From Octopus bimaculoides (taxonomy: Eukaryota): a stretch of DNA of 64,000 nucleotides. Shown here in pieces: positions 54,201 through 64,000 of the stretch. Each line of letters starts with the position of its first letter. Positions within the stretch are counted from its first letter, which is position 1. Position numbers and translations under genes: made by a program. The notes below the pieces were generated by a model. That model ran no database searches. It saw nothing but the letters and a program-made list of their open reading frames with translations, and was not told the origin of the DNA. The stretch is from the NCBI RefSeq assembly GCF_001194135.2, contig NC_068981.1, positions 108,281,151-108,345,150 of the forward strand. Reading direction: 5' to 3'.

Positions 54201-55440
54201 TATCGGATAATCCCATAAATAATGCAGTTTTTTTTATACTTCTTTTATTTTTCAAAATTAAGACAAACTAAATTCTTTTTTAATCTAAAATATACTCTCC
54301 TTCATTTTCTACAATGCTCTTCCATCTATCTGGTAGACTTGCAAGGCCCCTCTTCCAAAATTCACTTGTCTGTGATGAAAAATACTCCTCTAGTACTGTT
54401 CTGATTTCATCTACAGAATTCATATTTTTTCTGTCCAAATGATTTTGAAGACTGCATAATAAATGATAATCAGATGGGGCAATGTTCGGCGAATATGGTG
54501 GGTGGAGCATTGTTTCCCATTCAAACTGCTCCAGCCTTTGGAACGTCATCCTTGCAGTATGTGGCTGAGCATTATCCTGACGGAAGAACCCCTTTTGTCT
54601 TGAAACCAAAGATGATCATTTTTTTCTAGCGCTGACTTAAGCCACTCAAGCTGCTCACAGTAGATCTCCTTAGTTATCATTTGGTTTGGGTTTAAAAGTT
54701 CCAAGTGGACTAAACCTTTCATATCCCACCAAACAGATAACAACATCTTGCATGGGTGAAAATCTACTTGAGCCTTGGGTGCTGGTGTTTCTCCTTTCTC
54801 TACACACTGTCTTTGGCATTTAACATTTCTCGTCAGTCACTATTCGGTTTTAAAAAAGGTTCATTTGTGAGATGTGACAGCAAGGAAGAGCACACATTCA
54901 CTCTCTGCACACAATTAGGCTCAGAAAGTTTGTGAGGAACCCATCGACCTAATTTGCTGATTTTCCAATGGCACGCAGGTGTCAATGAATGGTTGAATGA
55001 TCAAATCCAAACTTCTCTGCTAGTTCCTCAACAGTTACAATGGGATTTTGTTTCAGAGTTTACAGGATGTCCTTGTGGAGCACTACTGATCTTCCAGGAT
55101 GAAACTCGTCTTCTAGGCTGTAGTTTCCAGCTTGGAATTTCTGGAGCCAATGTTAACACTGGCTTACACTTATTGTCTGATCCCCACATATTGTACTAAT
55201 ATTCGTCACACTTTCTATTGTGTTGTTGCCTTTATTGAACTGATAAAACAAAATATGCTGAATATGCTCCTTTGTCACTTCCATTATAGCTTTGAAAAAA
55301 TAACTGCTAAAATCGAAATGCACTCTCCAAAATTTGCACTAAGAATAAGCACAAGGTAAAATTACTAAGTGCTTTTATAGCAAGTTGATGCAGGTAGTTT
55401 AACCCATCCCCCTCAGCATTATTTATGGGATGACCCAATA
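54201..55440 (-). mobile_element. Near full-length degenerate mariner transposon, 1240 bp
   Basis: 25-bp TIRs including the TA: TATCGGATAATCCCATAAATAATGC / GCATTATTTATGGGATGACCCAATA; MEVTKEHIQHILFYQF.., WVPH, LSVWWD, QDNAQPH, HPPYSPNIAPSDYHL, NEGEYILD*; frameshifts and stops. Confidence 0.93.
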
Positions 55441-56022
55441 CAAAGTTTAAAAAAGGCTGTCCTATTCAGAGCTCTGCAAGTAGTAATAAAGTCAAGCTAA
55501 GAGAGCAGTAACTCAGATTTAAAACTGACATAATAGAGGGGACATTCTACTTCTGCCACAGACCTTTCCAGAACTCACAGCATGATAAAATACACCCAAA
55601 ATACACACGTAATATGGTTAGTGATGGGAAGGACATCTCGCTATTCCCCCTCCCCCACCCACTCACACATACATACAGTTTTTTTCTGTTGCTGGGTGTG
55701 CCTGAGACTAAAATGCCTTGGCAAGTGACAAACCATTGCGATATCCATCCAATCCATACTAGTATGAAAAACAGATGTAAAATTATATGGAATCAGAAAA
55801 TCAAAGAGCTTAAAAAATATGAGTAATAACATATTTACAGAATAAAAATTTGTAAAGGTAAACTGTTAAATTACTGAAAATAAAACTATATCACCACCTA
55901 ACAATTTACTAGGTCATAAACCACAATGACATTTTCTAATGACAGTTATGAAAGAACAGCAATTAATATCACTTAGAAACACCTAGCTTATTAATTATAT
56001 TAGTGAAATAACATTAACTTAC

Positions 56023-56090
56023 AAGGTAATCTTCTTCACAGTAGACTTTTCCATGGACGTTGTAAAATGCTTTCCCTCGCAGAGTACGGC
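56023..56090 (-). CDS. WTIP: LIM gene exon, 68 nt, C-terminal half of LIM1: (G)[22 protein letters not shown]
   Basis: Acceptor ctttcatcag|GC, donor CTT|gtaagt; begins after a phase-1 intron. Confidence 0.95.
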
Positions 56091-57584
56091 CTGATGAAAG
56101 AAATTTTAGCAAATTTTTTGAAGATTTAACATTTAAAACAATTCAAGAACAACTTTTCTATTTTTCTTTCATTTATTGCTGCTTCATACTATACTTATAC
56201 ATCAGTCCATCCGAGCACAATTCCAATAATATTTCAGTTTTTCTGAGAAGAGGTTGCTAACTTCTCATTCAACTTTTCTATTACATAAAATTAAATAAAA
56301 AAATTTCCACTGGAGCCTTTGCAATTCCCATCCTAGGAAATTATTCCATGGAAACAACCTAAGATGGCACAAAACTTATCAGTGAAAGAAATGTTTTCAA
56401 AACTCAACCAATACTATAGCCAAAAATGGATTGGATTATTCCAGTTCGCTATTTAAGAAAGAACACAATAAGTCCAAATGCTTCTACTTTTATATCAAAC
56501 TAAGTTCCATTGTTAATCCACAAAAGTGAAATCTTACATTATTTCAACAAATATAAATACATCCTACCTCTAATATTATCTTTAATGTAACATAATTACC
56601 TATTTACTATTAATTTTCAAAAATATAAGTATTTGCATATCTTTAGTAAGAAGAAACTGAATATATGCATGTACATATAGAAATATATACACCACTGTTT
56701 TAAAGATTTTTTATTAAGATGGGTCTTTTGTAGAGGCAATATTTTTTTGACAACCAGATGCCCTTCCTACAAGTAGGGTGGAATTTTTTCAGTTGGATAA
56801 ACAAACAGATGCCAGCATAAAGACAATAGCAGCAATAAAGTTTGTATTCACAACCATGTGGTCAATGGTTCAGCCATTGACCCAAATTTATTGAAGGACG
56901 TAAGCAGAGTTACTGATTTCTATACAATAATAAAATCTTATGAAACATCTCAGTCAACATATTACATTTCTAAATGTATAGTAGTTCAGAGAAGTCAAAA
57001 CAAATCCATTACCTAAATTTCACAATGCTTGGATATTCTATTCTCCAATAGATATTCATTCTTTGCTCCTCTCCCTACCCCCGATAACTGATAATCTGAC
57101 ATTATTAATAGTTACAAGAGAGTAATACCAATTGCATTTGATAGCCCTTCTCTATACAAGATGAGGAAAATTGATGAGGTTAATTTTCAGCTTGAACTTA
57201 TGTAGGTCAACATCTGCAAGAAAATATGTGGTTAAGGAGAAATTATTGTGTAAAGTTTTCAATTCAGAACCTAGGGGAGTAGTAATATATAGCAAATATA
57301 AAAAGAAATAGGCATGTTGGTTAGGTTTTAGAAAGTTGGTAGGTCAGAGAAACAGAGGTTATTATAGTTATAATAGATAGAAGAAAGAAACGCATTGAAT
57401 CTGTGAGCTAGTGGTTGTTGTGTGGAGGTGAGTTTTTACTTATCAGTTAACTGGCTTGAGATACTAAAAGAGAGTAACAAGGGACCTAATATTTGTAGTG
57501 AGTTGGAAGGCTTCATATGTGTATCATTCAAGCATAGTAATGTCCAATTGTTATCCAAGAAAAAATATAAACATTCAAACGTGT

Positions 57585-57815
57585 CAGCATCTTTTAGATG
57601 TTTCAGTCATTAGACTGTAGCCATGCTGGGGCACCACTTTCAAGAGTTTTAGTTGAATAAATCAACCTCGTTAAGTAACACTCTAACACTGGTTGTCAAG
57701 CAGTGGTGAGGGACAAACATGCATGCACACATACATGATGGGCTTTTTTCAGTTTCCATCTACCAAATCCACTCACACAGTTTTGATTGCCCCAAGGCTA
57801 TAGCAGAAGATACTT
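57585..57815 (-). mobile_element. SINE copy
   Basis: TTTCAGTCATTAGACTGTAGCCATGCTGG...TACCAAATCCACTCAC. Confidence 0.7.
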
Positions 57816-58534
57816 TCCACAATTTTCTTGGGTCTTTTTTTAGCTTCTTTTATTAACTGTACCACTTCTGCTAAAATGTCTTGCACTACTTAAAATGTGC
57901 CAGTTTACTATGTCAGTGTGAACTGACATGTATAGACATGTGTAGACTCAATTATATAATAAGGTACTACACTGGGATTGAACTCAGAACCAGGTGGGTG
58001 GAAAACAAACTACTTACCATACAGCCAAGCTTGTGCCTATATGAACAATATTCAAATCAAAAGTTTGTTACTTATCAGTCCTATGAAAGACTGCTGATAT
58101 GTTTCTTTCTAGAATAGTACTTCAAAGTATTATAAACACACAAAGTTTTATCTAAATTACATTTTAAATATCACCTAGAAAATTGACTACACCTTGCATG
58201 TCTAAGAGTCAGGAACTTGCTGAAAATTAGTTGACAACTAATTCTATTAATGTAACACAATTTAATATTATCACACCTCTTTAGAAGCACACCTGGTTTT
58301 TAGAACGAGTACCCCATATCTCTACAGGTGGTTAAGAAGCAACTAAAAGGGTTAGCATCAGGAAAAGCATCTGATCATAAAACATTATTTTAAAAAAGTA
58401 TCATCTAACCGCTATGGAAAAGCTGCAGCAAAATGAAAATGGTAGTTAAAGAAAGTACTTTATTTCATTGCAAGCAATTCATTTCAATATTTAACGCGTA
58501 TATAATACATAAGAAAGAGTAATTTAAAGAAATT

Positions 58535-58700
58535 ATGTGGACAAGTATGGTTGAGGGGTTAAGAAGCTCACTTTGCAACCATGTGTCAGGCTCAGTCCCA
58601 CTGCACAGCATCTTGAGCAAGTGTCTTCTACTATAGCCCTAGACTGATCAATACATTTTGAGTGAATATGATAGAGGAAAACTGTGCAAAAGCCTATCGT
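58535..58700 (+). mobile_element. SINE 5' part
   Basis: GGTTAAGAAGC...CAGTCCCACTGC...GCAAGTGTCTTCTACTATAGCC. Confidence 0.7.
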
Positions 58701-58719
58701 GTTTACACATACACACATC

Positions 58720-59030
58720 TTTTAGTTGTTTCAGTCATTAGATAGTAGTAATGCTGGGGCATCACCTAGAAGGGTCAAGTTGAACAAATCAACTCCAGTA
58801 CTTAATTTTTTATTGGTCTCTTTTTAACAAACCACAAAATTATGGGGACGTAAACAAACCAATGCCTGTTGTCAAACAGTGATGGGGAACACACACACGG
58901 CGGGCTTCTTTCAGTTTCTGTCTACCAAATCCATTCACAAGGCTTTGATTGGACCAGAGCTATAGTAGAAACGACTTACCCAAGATGCTATGCAGTGGGA
59001 CTGAACCCAGAATCATGTAGTTGGGAAGCA
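58720..59030 (-). mobile_element. Near-complete SINE copy
   Basis: TTGTTTCAGTCATTAG...GGGCTTCTTTCAGTTTC...GGGACTGAACCC. Confidence 0.75.
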
Positions 59031-59305
59031 AGCTATGCTAGCACCTAATATGTGTGCTAGCATAGCTTCATCACAACAATGATATATGTAAGGCTGAAAA
59101 CACCTCTAAATCATTGTCACAGTGAGAAGCTGGAAAGGAGCACTGAGAGCAAAGTAAGAGCATGGGATTTAATATGGAATAAAGTGGAGGCATTTTATAT
59201 NNNNNNNNNNNNNNNNNNNNNNNNNNNNNNNNNNNNNNNNNNNNNNNNNNNNNNNNNNNNNNNNNNNNNNNNNNNNNNNNNTATATATATATACACACAC
59301 ACATA

Positions 59306-59910
59306 CAGGGTGTATAAGGTATTTGAGGACATACCTTTTTGGGGTCACTGCTGCATGTTTTGCCAACTCTGTATAATCTTTCAGAAAATAATAATGGCAG
59401 ACCCTCAGCTTACTCAAGAAATGAAGAGGCATGCTGTTATTGTAGTTATAAAGGCTGAGCATAGAGATTTAGAAATATCTCGAGTTTTAAAAGTTTCCAG
59501 ATCTTTCGTCTACAAAGTTTGTAAGGAGCTAGAGAATGAAGATGGAAACGTATCACCAGTATCAAGGCATAAAAAGCATTCTAAACACTGAAATCAGCAC
59601 TCCTGAATTTATCCAGACCATTGATTACAATCCCAGAAAATTCATGAAGTCAATTGCAAAAGATCTCCAGGTATCAGAAGGAACAGTCAGAAATGTTGTC
59701 CACAAAGACATCAGATATAAGTTTTATACAATGAGGAATGGTCAATTTGTCAGAAAAAGCAGAAGAAAATCACTACATCAAATCTAAAAGGCTCTTAAAC
59801 AAACTAAAAAATCCAGCAGCAGAAGATTTGATTTGGTTTTTCTCAAACAAGAAAAACTTCGACCAAGACCAAAAAGTTAAAAGAAATGACAGATGGTTAT
59901 GTGCAGACAT
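59306..59910 (+). mobile_element. 5' half of a Tc1/mariner-superfamily transposon (maT/DD37D-like), truncated by an RTE
   Basis: TA|CAGGGTG terminus; MKRHAVIVVIKAEHRDLEISRVLKVSRSFVYKV.., IAKDLQVSEGTVRNVVHKDIRYK, WFFSNKKNFDQD. Confidence 0.75.
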
Positions 59911-59911
59911 T

Positions 59912-60543
59912 TAATTCGATTTCGATTTCACTTGCCTCAACAGGTCTTAGCAAGCGGAGTTTAGTGTCCAATGAAGGAAAGGTATACATAAGTGGGCTGG
60001 CTACACTTCTGGCAGAGGCCTTGGATTATGGTCTCACTTGGCTTGCCGGGTCTTCTCACGCACAGCATATTTCCAAAGGTCTCAGTCACAAGTCATTGCC
60101 TCGGTGAGGCCTAATGTTCGAAGGTCGTGCTTCTCCACCTCATCCCAGGTCTTCCTGGGTCTACCTCTACCACAAGTTCCCTCAACCACTAGAGTGTGGC
60201 ACTTTTTCACACAACTATCTTCATCCATTCTCGCCATATGACCATACCAGCGCAATCGTCTCTCTTGCACACCACAACTCATGCTTCTTAGGTTCATCTT
60301 TTCTCTCAAGGTACATACACTCTGTCGAGTATGCACACTGACATTACACATCTATCGGAGCATACTGGCTTCATTCCTTGCAAGCTTACGCATGTCCTCA
60401 GCAGTCACGGCCCATGTTTCACTGCCATGTAGCATGGCTGTTTGTATACATGCATCATACAGTCTGCCTTTTACTCTGAGTGAGAGGCCCTTTGTCACCA
60501 GCAGAGGTAAGAACTCTCTGAACTTTGCCCTGGCTATTCTTAT
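59912..60543 (-). mobile_element. RTE LINE RT C-terminal fragment, runs into a gap
   Basis: KGRLYDACIQTAMLHGSETW...LRWYGHMARM...GRGRPRKTW; same family as the 38.7 kb copy. Confidence 0.9.
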
Positions 60544-61272
60544 NNNNNNNNNNNNNNNNNNNNNNNNNNNNNNNNNNNNNNNNNNNNNNNNNNNNNNNNN
60601 NNNNNNNNNNNNNNNNNNNNNNNNNNNNNNNNNNNNNNNNNNNNNNNNNNNNNNNNNNNNNNNNNNNNNNNNNNNNNNNNNNNNNNNNNNNNNNNNNNNN
60701 NNNNNNNNNNNNNNNNNNNNNNNNNNNNNNNNNNNNNNNNNNNNNNNNNNNNNNNNNNNNNNNNNNNNNNNNNNNNNNNNNNNNNNNNNNNNNNNNNNNN
60801 NNNNNNNNNNNNNNNNNNNNNNNNNNNNNNNNNNNNNNNNNNNNNNNNNNNNNNNNNNNNNNNNNNNNNNNNNNNNNNNNNNNNNNNNNNNNNNNNNNNN
60901 NNNNNNNNNNNNNNNNNNNNNNNNNNNNNNNNNNNNNNNNNNNNNNNNNNNNNNNNNNNNNNNNNNNNNNNNNNNNNNNNNNNNNNNNNNNNNNNNNNNN
61001 NNNNNNNNNNNNNNNNNNNNNNNNNNNNNNNNNNNNNNNNNNNNNNNNNNNNNNNNNNNNNNNNNNNNNNNNNNNNNNNNNNNNNNNNNNNNNNNNNNNN
61101 NNNNNNNNNNNNNNNNNNNNNNNNNNNNNNNNNNNNNNNNNNNNNNNNNNNNNNNNNNNNNNNNNNNNNNNNNNNNNNNNNNNNNNNNNNNNNNNNNNNN
61201 NNNNNNNNNNNNNNNNNNNNNNNNNNNNNNNNNNNNNNNNNNNNNNNNNNNNNNNNNNNNNNNNNNNNNNNN

Positions 61273-61317
<45 letters not shown>
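61273..61317. repeat. (GA)n microsatellite abutting a gap
   Basis: Direct inspection. Confidence 0.95.
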
Positions 61318-61319
<2 letters not shown>

Positions 61320-61820
61320 CCACTTACACATACATGCAAAAAAATACATACATGATGATACACATCTTCACTCTCTCACACACATGTCCACTTCATATAC
61401 AGTACATACGTCTTTTACTTTCTCCTCTCACTTCAAAGCAAATGTTGTCTTTTCCGTTTCTCCTCTCTTTCAATTTCTGCTCTTTTCAAAGCATAAAGAA
61501 ACAAAAAAGATTTACAGAAATTAATGAACAATCAGATCCCGTATGATCGAGGTGACAACTTTCCTGCTTCAAACAAAAAGAATGCCATAAAATAACTTCT
61601 TTTGGCACACACACACACTCTCTAGGTAAAACTTCTGTATGAATTATGTTATTTCTTGCTATGTACATGTGCAAAATTACAGCTCAAATCCAATTGAAAT
61701 CACCTTTTTCTATTCTGTAANNNNNNNNNNNNNNNNNNNNNNNNNNNNNNNNNNNNNNNNNNNNNNNNNNNNNNNNNNNNNNNNNNNNNNNNNNNNNNNN
61801 NNNNNNNNNNNNNNNNNNNN

Positions 61821-62020
61821 ATATGTTTGTGTGCCTGTGTTTGTCCCCCCACCATCGCTTGACAACCAATGGTGGTGTTTACCTCCCCGTAACTTAGCGG
61901 TTCAGCAAAAGAGACTGATAGAATAAGTACTAGGCTTACAAAGAATAAGTCCTGGGCTCGACTAAAGGCGATACTCCAGCATGGCCACAGTCAAATGACT
62001 GAAACAAGTAAAAGAGCAAA
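61821..62020 (+). mobile_element. SINE 3' part
   Basis: CGCTTGACAACC...GAATAAGTACTAGGCTTACAAAGAATAAGTCCTGGG...TGACTGAAACAAG. Confidence 0.8.
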
Positions 62021-62177
62021 AGAGTATATATATATATAAATATATTTACTGGTCGTTTTTATATACACAACTACTACAATCCTCTCAGGGTCTCGGAAAA
62101 TTTTTTTCTGAACCTTCTGATTCTTTTAATGTGCTAGTTTCATCGTATTAAATTGATATGAATTAATATCGAACTTT

Positions 62178-62208
<31 letters not shown>

Positions 62209-64000
62209 AAGCATGGTAATTACAAAACAGAACTTTCTCAACTTCACTTTTCTATGTTATATAACAATATTATTACTAGAATGTTTTCATGTTGCTATTC
62301 TATTCTAGAAATATTTTGCAGCCCTAAACATTTGAAACTATATAAAAAATAGTCAATAAAATGGCATACAGAGTTTTTAAAGTAGTAGTGATACTGAGAT
62401 ATACACAAAAGATATTTCTTAGCAAGTTTGGTAAAAATTCAATACAAATAAAGAGGTGCAGAATTTCACTTAACAGCAGTTAAGGAATTTGAAAGAAAGA
62501 AAAAGAAAAACAGTAGAAATAGTAAAACAAAAATTAGAAACATAAATTTTTAAACTAAAAGAAAAAAAAATGCACCAGCCAAACTAATTACCATGTATGC
62601 TGAGCCTACCATACTGAAATAATTAGAATATTTGATCTACTTTATACTTATTTATGTTCACAGATTTTTTTTTTCTACTATACAATACTGAAATTAAAAA
62701 AAAAAAAGAAAATTCTAATGTATTTAAAGAAATTGCATAACACCAGCTGCAGCCAACAGACATGTAGAAATTATATATTGGTGCATATTTTCATATTTTA
62801 TAATCAATTCACTAGCTCAAATAGGTTGTAGCATGGATTATTCTGATTTTATAGAAAACTTGATGATTTTCAATCTCTGTAGAATTCTATCATCAAGTAA
62901 GTTAATAAAGATATCATAATTGAGTAGTCAAGACACAGGTCCAAGATACTGGATATAAATTCCAATTCACTCAGTAGTATAGCAGCAGGACCTCTCTACT
63001 TGCCTAAGTCAATTTAACTGAACAGTAGAAAGGGCATCCAGCCGCTATAAAAAAGGCATCTATTTTCATTAAAAGATCAGTGATATTAACACTAATGTTG
63101 AAGCTATGGTTTTTACAGTTGGGTGCTTTCCTACACAAAATGGAATAAATTTGTGTCAGAAGTAGAAGAATTTGTTTCAGACAAGGTCCTTTGTTGGAAA
63201 AGAAAATAAATATTCTTTAACTAGCAGTCAACAGTTTAACCTAGTGCTTAGATATAAGTTTTATTTTTAGTTGTTATTTAACCCCAGGTCATCCCTAGTC
63301 TTAAAGCGCCCGCAAAAGCCCTGTGGCGAAGTCCTTTTCTCCAGAAAAAACAATGGGAGACATAAAGAGAAAAAAAAGGCTAGTTAGATATAATTCTGAA
63401 ACACTATTTCTACAAATTAGTTTCAAATGATATTGATACAATGTTACCAGCAGAGATGTAACAAGATTCACAGTTTTTGCTGATTTTTTTTTCTTCAGTC
63501 TAATTTGTACTGAACATTCATTAGTATGTTAATAAATTATTTATCAAACATTAGCAAATATTTGATAAATAATTTATAACTGTCCACCAAAAATGTTCCT
63601 TCTGATCATTGGTCCAGCTACACAAGCTAAGATACTTTTTTCTTCTAGTCTTCAGTAAAGTCATGTTTTCTTCAGTGAAGTAATGCTAATTTTTCTTCTT
63701 TTTGTCATCTGGTCAAGATCAAAATTCCAACTTTAAGAATAAGCCAATGCCAACAGTTCTTGTGTCTTTCAACCTATAAATAAACTGACTTAAACCCTTT
63801 AGCAATCAGATTCCTCTGTCAAATGTAATGCTTATTTATTTTTGTTGCTTTGAATTCATCATGCATTATATCATAGCCTCAAGATTTCTATGATGTAATT
63901 GCTTATTTTTAGATTAGCATTGTAAGACAGGTGTTTGAATATAAAACAGGTAGACCATGCGGACTGAATATAGTCAGTTTAAATGCTGACAGGCTAAATA

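Larger units (their letters stand above)
30374..56090 (-). other. WTIP: Ajuba/LIMD1/WTIP-family LIM-domain gene, 5'-incomplete span (6 coding exons; 282 aa plus a split Gly codon)
   Basis: Exons join in frame with GT-AG sites: (G)[154 protein letters not shown]...YQITEL*. The LIM2/LIM3 sequence is recognisably Ajuba-subfamily. The symbol is a family label; invertebrates typically have one co-orthologue (Drosophila jub). Confidence 0.95.

Overview
AT-rich, gappy animal genomic DNA; the SINE, RTE and mariner repertoire suggests an octopod cephalopod (inference). One protein-coding gene is supported: an Ajuba/LIMD1/WTIP-family LIM protein on the minus strand. I reconstructed six GT-AG coding exons (56023-56090, 47117-47179, 42203-42333, 40496-40547, 36537-36605, 30374-30841) that splice in frame and encode the end of LIM1, all of LIM2 and LIM3, and a 124-aa tail ending ...YQITEL*. 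The 5' exons were not found in the window. The rest is intron or intergenic DNA with decayed mobile elements (RTE and CR1-like LINEs, Penelope-like elements, mariner/Tc1/pogo/hAT DNA transposons, a Helitron, MITEs, SINEs), microsatellites and six N-gaps. The most notable signals are RNA-structural: a type I hammerhead ribozyme motif sense to the gene inside an intronic inverted Penelope repeat (43515-43601), a second degenerate hammerhead near 4.05 kb, and a 300-nt near-perfect hairpin in the presumed 3'UTR (27355-27655). No CRISPR array, rRNA or true tRNA gene was seen. TE boundaries are approximate unless a TIR or TSD is quoted.
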